From assembly GCA_000092065.1 (NCBI GenBank), contig CP000583.1: DNA of 64,000 nt; one strand, 5' to 3'. A program made the translations under genes and the position numbers. Shown here in pieces: positions 1 through 10,600 of this stretch (its first letter is position 1; every line of letters begins with the position of its first letter). The notes beneath the pieces are model-generated. The model worked only from the letters and a program-made list of their open reading frames with translations. It ran no database searches and was not told the DNA's origin. Source of the DNA: Ostreococcus lucimarinus. Lineage: Eukaryota.

Positions 1-424
1 GCGACCTTCGACGCGAGCGTCCGAGATTTGTTTCCTTTCGATCCCTCGCGAAGTCGCGCGCGAGAATCGAGAGGTCCGAGCGGCGCGCGCGGCGTCGCCG
101 AGTGTCGCGCGCGCGTCCTGCGGTTAGGGCGCCGCGCCGTCTCCACCGCGCCTCGCGCCCCGTGGACGCGCGCGGACCGCGGGAAATGGATCGCGCCGTC
201 GAGTCGCGATTCGTCGTTCGGGGGGGGGTCGGCGCGCGCGACGCGAAGATTCGGTGAGATCTCGATTTTTCGCGAAGGGGCGCGTCGTTTCGCCGTTGAT
301 GGCGTCTTGGAGGGATTAAACGCGTGAAATTTCTCGCATGTATACATAGGGCGCGGGGCACGCGACGCGAGGCGCCGTCGCGCCGTCGCGCCATCGCGCG
401 ACGCGGCGACCGCGCGACCGCGCG

Positions 425-2302
425 ATGGCGGTGGAGGACGCGGAGGACGTGGAGGACGTGGAGGATATCTTTCTCGACGTCGCGCGGCGCGCGGGACGGC
501 GCGGCGAGGACGCGCGGCGCGGCGAGGACGCGCGCGATGGCGCGGCGACGACGGCGGGCGCGGCGGCGACGGGGGGAGTGGGGACGGCCGAGCGAGGGCT
601 CGGACGGAGCGCGCGAGCGATGGAGGCGGTGGTGGACGCGCGCGCGCGACGGCGGGGGGGGGCGGGCGGTGACGGCGAAGGCGAAGGCGAAGGCGGAGGC
701 GAAGGCGGAGGCGGGCGCCGGCCGGGGACGGCGAAGATTTTCGTTCACACGTTTGGGTGCTCGCACAATCACTCGGATTCGGAGTTCATGGCGGGACAAT
801 TGCGGCGGTACGGGTACGAACTCGTGGACGCGCCGGAGAAGGCGGATGGGTGGTTGGTGAATACGTGCACGGTGAAGAATCCGAGCCAGAGCGCGATGAA
901 CACCGTCATCGAACGAGGCAAAGCGGCGAATAAAGCGATGGTCATCGCGGGATGCGTGCCGCAGGGCGATAAGGGTGCGAAGGAGTTACGAGATGTCAGC
1001 CTGTTGGGCGTGACGCAGATTGATCGCGTGGTGGAGGCGATGGAGCGAACGTTGGCGGGCGACACCGTGCGGATGCTGGAGAAGAAAGCCTTGCCCTCGC
1101 TCGATTTGCCAAAGGTGCGACGGAACGAGTTCGTGGAAATACTGCCGTTAAGCACGGGCTGTTTAGGTGCGTGTACGTATTGCAAGACGAAACACGCGCG
1201 CGGTGATCTCGGGTCGTACGAGATTTCTGCGTTGGTGAGTCGAGTCGAACAAGCGATGGCGGAGGGCGTCTCGGAAGTGTGGCTGTCTTCAGAAGACACT
1301 GGCGCGTATGGGATCGATTTGGGCACCGATGTCGCCGCATTATTTCGCGCCATCACTGCGGTTTTGCCCACGGATGGGTCGGTGATGCTTAGACTCGGCA
1401 TGACGAACCCACCGTACATCTTGGCGCACCTCGACGCCGTCGCCGAAGCGATGCGGCATCCATCAGTGTACGCCTGGATGCACATTCCGGTACAGAGTGG
1501 ATCCAACGCTGTCTTGGAGGGCATGAAGCGCGAGTACACGGTGGAAGAATTCAAACGCGTGTGCGATACGTTGCTCGCCGCCGTGCCAGGCATGGTCATC
1601 GCGACGGATATCATTTGCGGTTTCCCGGGGGAAACCGACGAGCAATGGCAAGAAACCATGAGCCTGATTGAAGAATATAAATTTCCAGAGGTTCACATTT
1701 CGCAGTTCTATCCTCGGCCTGGGACTCCCGCGGCGAAGATGAAGCGAGTGCCGACACAAATAGTCAAGGCACGTTCGCGCGAGCTCACAGCGCTCTTCGA
1801 GTCATACATGCCTCACGAGCACTTGGTTGGTAAAACCGAACGCGTTTGGGTGAGTGATATCGCGCGCGACGGCACATCGCTCGTCGCTCATACGAAAAAC
1901 TACACACAAATACTCTTACCTGGAGGCGAAGACCAAAGAGCGCGCTTGATGGGGCGGAGTGCCATGGTTGAAATTTACGAAGCGGCCCGTTGGTCTTGCA
2001 AGGCGAGAGTTTTAGAAGTCTTAGAAGTTGATCCTACCGTTGCCAGGGTAAAGCTTAACGTTATTTCGAGTGAAGAGGAGGCAAAAGCCATTCGTGAGAA
2101 GCTGACGAAAGGCAAACGCGTTCGCATGAAGAAGACTGAGGCGAACGGTTGCTCGACGTGCGGAAGCGACACTCCGTGCTCATCCGCCGAGACGACAGCA
2201 TTGTACGCGCGGTACTTTACGATTGAAGCCGCTTTAGTCGCCGGTGTGTGCGTTGGCGCAGTCGGTCTCGCGTATGCGACGTTATCTCGCTCTAGATACT
2301 AG
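425..2302 (+). CDS. CDKAL1: CDKAL1-type tRNA methylthiotransferase (ms2t6A37; radical-SAM MiaB/RimO family)
   Basis: ATG verified at 425; 625 aa. N-terminal UPF0004-type block '[17 protein letters not shown]'. Radical-SAM CxxxCxxC '[15 protein letters not shown]'. C-terminal hydrophobic tail '[18 protein letters not shown]', as in ER-anchored CDKAL1. The low-complexity acidic/Gly N-terminus makes the exact start less certain. Confidence 0.9.
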   Translation: MAVEDAEDVEDVEDIFLDVARRAGRRGEDARRGEDARDGAATTAGAAATGGVGTAERGLGRSARAMEAVVDARARRRGGAGGDGEGEGEGGGEGGGGRRPGTAKIFVHTFGCSHNHSDSEFMAGQLRRYGYELVDAPEKADGWLVNTCTVKNPSQSAMNTVIERGKAANKAMVIAGCVPQGDKGAKELRDVSLLGVTQIDRVVEAMERTLAGDTVRMLEKKALPSLDLPKVRRNEFVEILPLSTGCLGACTYCKTKHARGDLGSYEISALVSRVEQAMAEGVSEVWLSSEDTGAYGIDLGTDVAALFRAITAVLPTDGSVMLRLGMTNPPYILAHLDAVAEAMRHPSVYAWMHIPVQSGSNAVLEGMKREYTVEEFKRVCDTLLAAVPGMVIATDIICGFPGETDEQWQETMSLIEEYKFPEVHISQFYPRPGTPAAKMKRVPTQIVKARSRELTALFESYMPHEHLVGKTERVWVSDIARDGTSLVAHTKNYTQILLPGGEDQRARLMGRSAMVEIYEAARWSCKARVLEVLEVDPTVARVKLNVISSEEEAKAIREKLTKGKRVRMKKTEANGCSTCGSDTPCSSAETTALYARYFTIEAALVAGVCVGAVGLAYATLSRSRY

Positions 2303-2332
2303 TTTGATATTGACAACCTACAGTTAGACGCG

Positions 2333-2959
2333 TCACGACGTCCGCCCGCGAGCAACTAGATAAATTTCCTTGCTCTCGCTTCGCGTCGCCTTCGGTTTGA
2401 ACCAATTTAGCTTGGCAAACCGTGGCTTACACGCTGCGACAAGTGCCTCTACGCTTCCGTCACCTTCTAAAATCTTCACTACCAAGTCGCCACGCAAACG
2501 CAACGCGCCTTCGCCGCCGCCGCGACTCATCGCGACATCTACCGCGCACTCTGCCAAATGCAACGACGCCGCCGCGTCTACGCTCGCAATGCCGCTCGTG
2601 TTCGCCATCATATCGCTAAGAATTAGATCGAACGAGTGCGCCCCGCCGAGTTCATTCAGAGTCGCTTCGTGCGCGTCCCGAACGAGCGTTCTCACGCGTG
2701 CCTCATCGATGTAGCGCATGCCCGATAATTCCACGTCTTGAAGGTCCACTCCTAACACTTCCGTGTGCTTCTCCCCGCGCGCGCAGCAGGCTTGGATCCA
2801 CGCCCCGGGCGCGCAGCCCAAATCGAGGATGCGGCTCTTCGAGCGCAGGAGACGAAACTTGTCGTCCAACTCGACGAGCTTGAGAGCGCTTCGCGCGACG
2901 TATCCGAGCTTACGGGCCGCGACGGCGATCGGGTCTATCGCACGCTTCGCCGCGGACAT
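2333..2959 (-). CDS. FtsJ/RrmJ (RlmE/MRM2-like) rRNA 2'-O-ribose methyltransferase, probably organellar
   Basis: The track ORF 2333..3019 starts at a GTG that overlaps the EF-P stop. The first in-frame ATG is at 2959 ('MSAAKRAIDP...'), giving 208 aa. 'SALKLVELDDKFRLL' plus SAM motif 'ILDLGCAPGAWIQ' and 'DLILSDM' are typical of the FtsJ family. Confidence 0.8.
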   Translation of the reverse strand: MSAAKRAIDPIAVAARKLGYVARSALKLVELDDKFRLLRSKSRILDLGCAPGAWIQACCARGEKHTEVLGVDLQDVELSGMRYIDEARVRTLVRDAHEATLNELGGAHSFDLILSDMMANTSGIASVDAAASLHLAECAVDVAMSRGGGEGALRLRGDLVVKILEGDGSVEALVAACKPRFAKLNWFKPKATRSESKEIYLVARGRTS

Positions 2960-3011
2960 TTGTAGGGAGCATAGAATATGTAGGTGCGCTGACTTATGAC
3001 AAACAATAAGC

Positions 3012-3924
3012 TCAAGCACGCGACTTGTACGTGCCGTCTTCCGTGTTCACGATGATGGAGTCGCCGATGTTCACGAAGAGCGGCACGGTCACGACCGCAC
3101 CGGTTTCGATAGTCGCCGGCTTATCGCCACCACTCGCGGTGTTGCCCTTCAATCCCGGATCGGTCTGCACTACCTCGAACGTGTACGGGTTCGGCACCTC
3201 GCAGCCGATGACTTTGCTTTTCCACTGCACGATGCCGCAGTCCATGCCCTCCTTCACAAACTTACTCACCGCTAACGGCGGCACTCGAAGCTCTTCGAAA
3301 GTTTCCATGTTCATGAACATGTAGTCGTCGCCGTCCATGTACGTGTATTGCATAGTATCCTTGGTCACCTCGGCGAGCTCAAACTTTTCGCCAGAGCGAA
3401 ACGTCTTTTCGTTCGTGTTCCCGGTGAGTAAGTTCTTGAGCTTCGTGCGCACGAACGCCGACCCGCGACCGGGCTGTACGTGCATAAATTCTACTCAAGA
3501 CAATCGACGATCGATTTCCGTCAGTCGTGGCCTCGTCTTCGTGCATTTAAGCGATTTGCGCGAGCAGCCGTCGCTCTCGCGCCTGCGAGTGGATAAAGCG
3601 TACGCGTGCCGTTCGTCATCGCCCGCACGCACCGGTGATTCTCCACGGGTTGGAGTCGATCTCGAGCGAGAGTCCAACCTTGAAATCCGCGGTCGAGCAC
3701 GTCAGCGCGTTCACCTGCGGTCACAACGCGTCGTCAGTCGAGGACTCGTTCGCGGCGAGGCGAGGGCTGCTGTCGTCATCGTCATCCCGTCGAGTCGCGT
3801 CGCGAAGCGTCGTCTCGCGAAGGCGTACCTTGACCGGACCGCGGACACTAGACGCACGCTTAGTGACGGTCGACGTGCGCGTGAATGCGCGGACGCTGGA
3901 GATGGATTGCGACGCGGAAAGCAT
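3012..3924 (-). CDS. efp: Elongation factor P (bacterial-type, organelle-targeted); 3 exons: 3924-3829, 3714-3633, 3490-3012
   Basis: The track ORF (3012..3485) starts inside the conserved KOW domain ('[18 protein letters not shown]'). Splicing 3633|3490 (donor gtgcgt, acceptor gagtag) restores '...[41 protein letters not shown]', the canonical EF-P N-terminus. An upstream exon from the ATG at 3924 ('MLSASQSISSVRAFTRTSTVTKRASSVRGPVK', transit-peptide-like) joins via donor aag|gtacgc and acceptor ccgcag. Total 657 nt = 218 aa, in frame. Confidence 0.85.
3491..3632 (-). other. Spliceosomal intron (EF-P intron 2, 142 nt, GT-AG)
   Basis: Donor 'g|gtgcgtgcgg', acceptor 'cttgagtag|aatttatg'. Phase-1 junction; removal recreates the conserved 'WRITEFMHV' segment. 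Confidence 0.85.
3715..3828 (-). other. Spliceosomal intron (EF-P intron 1, 114 nt, GT-AG)
   Basis: An in-frame TGA at 3723-3721 blocks read-through, and there is no ATG between it and the conserved domain. Donor 'aag|gtacgcc' at 3828 and acceptor 'ccgcag|gtgaac' at 3715 join in phase 0. This intron is supported by logic, not by homology. Confidence 0.6.
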
Positions 3925-3995
3925 CGTGTGTGCGTCTTAAAGTGCGGCGTCTGGGCGGGTTGGTTTTCTGTTGTTACACTGTCCTCGTGCGGACA

Positions 3996-6900
3996 TTAAT
4001 TTTGCGATTGCGTGCTCATGAACAGCGCTGGATCGATCGCTAAGGGAGCGTCTGATTGGCTGTGATCAGTGAACGTGCGAACAAGCTGGGAACCAGGACG
4101 CGGAGAGAGCGTAGACGCAGTCTCGGCGGGGTCGTTGCTCGGCAAGAGGGCGGCGCGAGGCGTGGCGCCGGATTTGCGAGTCGTGCGCTGCTTCATGGAG
4201 TCCGAAGCTCGCTCGGTGACAACGTTCACGCGCATATTCGGCGGTTTGGGCAAGCTCGTTGACTTTGACCCGCTCGTTCGCGGTGAGCGATGAGGTGAAA
4301 CGCGGTTTCTGTCGAAACTGTTGCGCGGAGAGACGTGAGGAGAGATGTTTGGCGACTCGGGATCGCTAACGGCGGCAAACGCCGATGCGGCCATTTGGAG
4401 TTCAGCGTGAGGTTTGTTGACGTCGACGTCTGAAATTCGCCGTTCCTCCTTCGCTTTGTGCTTCCAGTTCGTGATGGCGGTGTTCGTGTACGCTTGTGCC
4501 TTTCGCACCGCAGCGTCCATCTGAGACAACGTCAAGCCGTGAGCCATCCACGAAGACACGCCTGGAGGTCGGAGGTGCATGTTGATTCGATGGTCTCGCG
4601 CGACGAGCTCGAGGTGCTTCTTCGTCGTCGTCGCCGTCAATGCGTTCAGAACGTCCGCGTACGATGGGTGATCCAGTCGTTCTGAGGCACTCTTTGACTT
4701 GCGCGAGTCAAACGGGTTCAATCGATCCCACAGCAAGCCGAAACTGCTCATGCCTCCATCGTGCGGCGTGAGATCGCGGAAGCTAATGAAATCTTTGTCT
4801 TCTACGTCCACAACGATCACAGTCTCGACTCCCATCTCTTTTCGCATCACGTCTACGGGAACGCTGTTCAGGTAGCCCCCGTCAACGAGTAACTCACCAT
4901 TCTCGTCGCGAACCGGAGGCAAGAGCCCGAGAACCGTCATCGACGCTCGAATACACCGCCAAAGACGTCCAGAAGTGTGCACATTCAAACACTGTTTGTT
5001 TAAATTTGTGCTACAGCAGAAAAAGTTCAGCCACAGATCTTCGATGGAGGTATCAGCGCCCACGGAACTCTTGATGATGGTGTCCAAGCCCTTGCCGCTA
5101 AAGAGCGAAAGCAGCGGGAGTGTGAGATCGGTGAGCAAATGATGAGGAGAGTTCAGAACGTGCATGTTGTTGCGAAGCATTGGGAGTATGTGCGATGTTG
5201 ATAATGTCCTAGCATACATCCCTGCTGTGAGCGTGCCTTGACTGGTGCCACCGATACAATCGATTGGAATTCCATTCTCCTCGAGCGCACGTAACGCGCC
5301 CAAATGAGCCAAACCACCGCCGCCTCCGCCGGTCAAGATCACGCCAACGCTATGTCCGGACACATACCTCGCGAGGCGTGACATGTCATCCCTCGACGCT
5401 AGTCTCACGTGATGATGGCGTTTGATTGTAGTTCTGTTTTCCTGCCAAGTCTTTGTTTGCGACGGCGTGCTTCCAGGCTCGTGAATTAGTACCAGTTCTG
5501 GACGTGCGCTGTTTCGTGTGCGCCAAAGTAGTCGTTGCTCGTACAGAAGCGGCATCTTATTCTCATGATTGCCGTGTGCCACGACTAATACACAATCCGC
5601 TTGGCTCGCACAAACTTTACTCCAACTTGATGCACGCGGATCCGCTTGGAGGACGATGAAACGATGCACTTCCTCTTGTTCTGCCATCCATCCAGTGAGC
5701 TTTGAACGGTAAAACAGGTTGTCTAGGCGATGAGTCGTTTCGTCAGCGAAAATTTCATCGATAACTGAACTCGTTAGCAGCAGTGTGGATCCAAACATGG
5801 AAAGCGCACTTTGAAGAGCGCTTGCAAACTCGTTGATTTGTGTGCGTGGGCCCGCAGGTATGAGGCAGATCGTCACGAGCTCAGCGAGCGAACGGTCGCC
5901 AGTTCGAAGGTTATTCTGCAGTTTGCAAGCGACGAGTTCAAGAAGTCGACTCGATACCTCAGAGTGATGCGCGTTGATCAGTTTCAGCGCTCCGTGCGAC
6001 ATTCTGACGAGTTCTGTATCGCGTGAAGTGACTGCAGTTGAGGAATACTTCCCATGCGCGAGTAAAGGCGCTTCTCCGATGGTATCGCCTCGACCGCGTT
6101 CCCGAATTATTTCATCTCCACTACTCGTGTGACGTGGAAACCGTAAACGCACGCGTCCACTGATGATGACAAACATACTTGTGGCATCTTCATTGGTCAT
6201 AAAGACGTGATCTCCGCTTCTCAGCCACACTCGATTGAGACCGAAGCCGATGAAATTACGAATGAGAACGCCAAGAGACGAAGACGTTTGACGGAGCAAA
6301 GAGATGTATGCCTCAGTTTCAGCTGTACACAAATGCTCGAGAACTTCTCCTGTTATGACGAGCATTTCACAATCTTCATCCGCCTGTTGGGTTTCTCTGA
6401 AGAGTGAGCGTGTCATAAAGTGCGCCGAACCGATCAACTGTAACGCTCGCACCGGCTTCCCACGCAGCCCGTCGCCTTTCGGCCATGGAATGGCTTCCCG
6501 CGCAATCGATCCCTTCAGAAGGATGTAAAACGCATCCGTAGAATCTCCTTCGGCAAAAATAATCTCACCCTTTTTTATTTGTTTGCGTGCGCAATACTTC
6601 TCCACGGTCGGTAAGTGCTCCAAGAAATCTGAATTTGCGAGCGAGCATGCGTCGTCCGCCTCAGGTTGACCGCGAAGCGATTGCCGAGGCATGCCAAGAA
6701 AATCAATCAGCGAAAACTGCGCCACGCGCCACAATCGCGCGATCGCTTGTTGCAAATACAGCTGCAAAGTGTGCGGATGCTTTCGAACGAAGTCTAAGAA
6801 GATGCGCTGTGAGACTCGCACTACCTTTGCCCCGCCCTGCATGGTGATGCAACTCACGCTTCGTCTCGCGCTGTCGAGGATGTCTATATCTCCCACCGAC

Positions 6901-7348
6901 TCTCCCTCTTGTAAAATATTCGTCATCACAGGTGGCGCTCCATTCGTCGGTTGCAAATACACTCCCACCGATCCCTCGACGACGACGTATATCCCACTCG
7001 AACTATCGTCTCCTTGCCGAAAAAGCACTTCATTCGGCGCCAACACCTCCTCCTCCGACGCCTCAAACAGCTCTCTCGACAACTCCAACTCTAACACGCT
7101 AAAAAACTTCGTACTCGCGAAAAAATTAGGCGTGTTCTCATCGTTCACGTCTTCTCCACTCGCGCTCGCGAAAAACTGTCCCGACGTCCGCGACCCCTCC
7201 AGGTCGCCCTCGTCGCTCCAAAATTCATCCTCTCGACTCGTCGAGCTGCTCATCCCGCGCTGACTCTCGCGCGATCCGAACGACCCAACGCGCAGGACTT
7301 CCGCGCTGTCTCCACCGTCCACGCGCACGCCTCGTCGATTGCGTCCTC

Positions 7349-7385
<37 letters not shown>

Positions 7386-7541
7386 TTCCTCAGCCGCGTC
7401 ACCGCCGTCGTCGCGCGCGAACGCGACGTCCCACGCCTTTTTCACCGCGCACGCCGTCGCGACCGCGCTCGCGGCGTACCCCATCGCTCGCGCCGCGCGT
7501 CGTCCCCGCCCCGCGCCCGCGACGCCGCCATCCCGCGCCAT
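3996..7541 (-). CDS. Neuropathy-target-esterase/SWS-like patatin phospholipase with three cyclic-nucleotide-binding-like domains
   Basis: The first ~193 codons of the track ORF (to 8120) are antisense of VIP1. In-frame ATG verified at 7541 ('MARDGGV...'; alternative at 7484), giving 1181 aa. Three CNB-like blocks: 'VLFRQGDDSSSGIYVVVEGSVGVY', 'IIFAEGDSTDAFYILLKGSI', 'HVFMTNEDATSMFVIISGRVRL'. Patatin domain: 'GGGGGGLAHLGALRALEENGIPID', GxSxG 'GGTSQG', and Asp motif 'VDGGYLNSVPVDVM'. Confidence 0.85.
7350..7384 (-). repeat. (ACG)n trinucleotide microsatellite encoding an 11-residue poly-Thr tract in the NTE-like N-terminus
   Basis: Plus strand reads (gtc)n/(cgt)n across 7350-7384; the translation shows 'TTTTTTTTTTT'. 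Confidence 0.9.
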
Positions 7542-7628
7542 GTCGTCGACGAATGCGGGGAATCGCGTCCTAACGACCGGGACGGCGGCCCGCCCGCCCG
7601 AAGCGTCATTCCCAGACGGACGCGCGCG
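7542..7628. promoter_or_regulatory. 87-bp head-to-head spacer between the NTE-like and VIP1 start codons (putative bidirectional promoter plus both 5'UTRs)
   Basis: ATG at 7541 (minus) and ATG at 7629 (plus) both verified. Promoter function is inferred only from the geometry. Confidence 0.4.
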
Positions 7629-10600
7629 ATGTCCGAACACGCGGCGCCGACGCGCGACGCGCGGAAGCAAAGCTCGCGCTCGGGCGCGTCGAGCGCGTCC
7701 AAGCACCCGATCGTCACGCTGGGCGTGTGCGCGATGGATAAAAAGTCGCGCTCGAGCGCGATGCGAGAGATCCTGACGCGGATCGAATCGTTCGGGGAGT
7801 TTGAGATTGTGATATTCGGGGACGAGTGCGTGGTGAACGAACCGGTGGAAAATTGGCCCAAGGTGGACGCGCTGATCGCGTTCTACAGCAATGGGTTTCC
7901 GTTGCAAAAGGTGGAGCGGTACGTGGAGATGCACAAGCCCTTTGTGGTGAACGAGCCGAACGACCAGTGGACGCTGCTGGATCGGAGATTGGTGTATAAG
8001 CGGTTGCAGGAACACGATATTCCAGTGCCGAATCACGTGGTGGTGAATCGTAACGATTACATCAAGAAGGGGGCGCTCAGGAAGAAGCCGAAGGGGGATG
8101 AAGTGGCGTTGCCCGATCAACCGACGTTCGAGCCAAAGAATTTCTCACAGGACGAAGAGTACGTGGAAATCAACGGGAAAAGGATATATAAGCCCTTTGT
8201 GGAGAAGCCGGCGAACGCGGAGGATCATAACATTTTTATCTACTACCCACACAGCGTCGGTGGGGGGTACAAGCGCTTGTTTCGGAAGATTGGTAATCAA
8301 TCGAGTCAGTACTACCCTCCTCCTGAAACCACCGCGGCGGGCGAGTTGTCTTACGCCCCGGTTCGGGAGACGACATCTTTCATTTACGAAGATTTCATGT
8401 CAACGAACGGTACAGATGTAAAAGTGTATACTGTTGGTCCGAATTACGCCCACGCCGAAGCTAGAAAGAGTCCAGTCGTCGATGGAAGAGTGCAGAGAGA
8501 CGAGAGCGGCAAGGAGGTGCGTTACCCGGTATTGTTGACGCCAGAGGAGAAAGAAATCGCACGCCGTGTGTGTATAGCGTTTGGGCAGCGAGTTTGTGGA
8601 TTTGATTTACTTCGTGCGAAAGGTCGAAGCTACGTTTGTGACGTCAATGGATGGAGTTTTGTGAAAAACTCCAAAAAATACTATGACGACGCTTCGGTGT
8701 GCTTGCGAGCGATGATTTTGAAAGCCGTAGCGCCGAATCACTTTAGCACTCAGCCTGCTCAAAAAGCCGCGGCATCGGCTAGTGTTGAAGAGCCTGATAT
8801 CATTTTAGATGGTAATGATGCCGAATTGAAGGAAACCAGACTCGAGAAGGCGCCATCACCCAAGGAACCGCCTGAGGAGTTGCGCGCCGTACTCGGCGTC
8901 ATTCGGCACGGCGATCGCACGCCCAAGCAAAAGATGAAACTGAGAGTGAAAAATCGTGAACTTCTTGATCTCATGCTTCGATGCACGAACGGTCGAACTC
9001 GCAAGCAAGCTAAATTGAAGACGCCTCAGACATTGCAAGAACTCTTGAATATTTGCAGGGACATTTACAAAAGTTTGTCTAAGCAAACCTTGGCGCCGAA
9101 AGACGAGGAGGGACATGAAGAGGCGCAAGAAGAACTCGAAGCGTGGAAACAAGTAGTGTCGATTCTCGAAGAAGGAGGACACTTTAGTGGTATCAATCGT
9201 AAAGCGCAGCTCAAACCTCTTGAGTGGGAGACAATCGATGCTGGAACGCTAGACTCTCACACAGAAAAAGTCACCGAGGCTCTCCTCATCATCAAGTTCG
9301 GCGGTGTTTTGACTTATTTGGGTAAATATCAAGCCGAAACACTCGGTAAGGCATTTAGAGTACGAATGTATCCTCGTGGTAACTATTACGGCTCGGACGC
9401 TGATGGTTTACTGAGATTACATTCAACCTATCGCCACGATTTGAAGATTTACTCCTCCGATGAAGGTCGAGTGCAGATCACTGCTGCAGCTTTTGCGAAA
9501 GGTTTACTCGCCCTCGATACCCATCATGGACAGCTCACGCCGATTCTCGCTTCTCTCGTTACCAAAGATGCAAAGTTGTTGGATTTCGTGACTCATTACG
9601 TGGAAGAGGACATCTTACACTCAAAGCACAAGCTGTTCACGGCGATGACATACAAGCCAGATGCACAGCTGAATGACAAAAAGCCGACCGAAGAAGAAAT
9701 TGGGGGATTGTCGCAGACCTTGCGATTTGCTTCGCTGAATAAATTCAAGGTGGTGACACAAATGGTTATGGCTGCGCATCGCTTTCAAAGCGCTGGCGAA
9801 TCATCCCACCACGATACGACTCAAAAAGCTGTCACGCTTTCAACCAATCTCATGGGTGTACCGAAGCAGCCACTCAAGAAACTCGAAATGCTGTATGAAC
9901 TCACGAAATCAATTTCGGTGCAGCTTAGAACGATGCTTTCTAGCCACCAAGTGCGATATGATTCCGATTCCGGCACTAGAATCAACTGGGCCGACACGCA
10001 TTCCGCCGTCGCCCCACGTGGTTCACTTCCAAAAGGAGGTATTCAACAGCTTAAAACCATGATCGTTCCCGCTGGCGGTGAGTCCTTTTTGCTCATGTAT
10101 TCCAGATGGAAAAAGTTAGAGCAAGATCTTTACCATTCGCGTAAAGCTAGGTTTGACATCTCGAAAGTACCAGACGTCTACGACGCGGTAAAATACGATG
10201 CCATTCATAACGAACATTTGGCTTTAGAGGGACTCGAGGCGTTGTACGAAATCGCGAAAGAGCTAGCAGATTGCATTGTTCCGAATGAATACGGTACGAC
10301 GGCTTCGAGCAAGCTACGAATTGGGGGCACCGTTGCCAACAGCTTGATTGCAAAATTGCTAAGCGATTTGAACAACACTCGCGAGGAATCTTTCGCCGTC
10401 GAAAGCGGTGGAATGTCATCGAATGAAATGCGCCGTGTTTCTATCAGCGAAAAGATACCGGTTTTAAATGAAGAAGACGAGGCCGAAACGATCGACGAAG
10501 AGACTGAGCGAGAACGTGAGGAGCAGGAAGAAGAAGAGGAAGAGCTGAACACGACTCGATTGAATTTGCGATACGCCACGGCGCACGGTGTGCATAGCCC

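Noticed and set aside
7542-8120. N-terminal extensions of track ORFs: NTE-like to 8120, Trp-repeat protein from 21145, RluA-like to 55349, RsmE from 54183, CPOX from 33420, RPSA from 50294, TRAPPC to 52105.
   Set aside because: Each extension overlaps the well-supported coding region or promoter of the divergent neighbour. Each is low-complexity and precedes an in-frame ATG that matches where homologues, or a transit peptide, begin.
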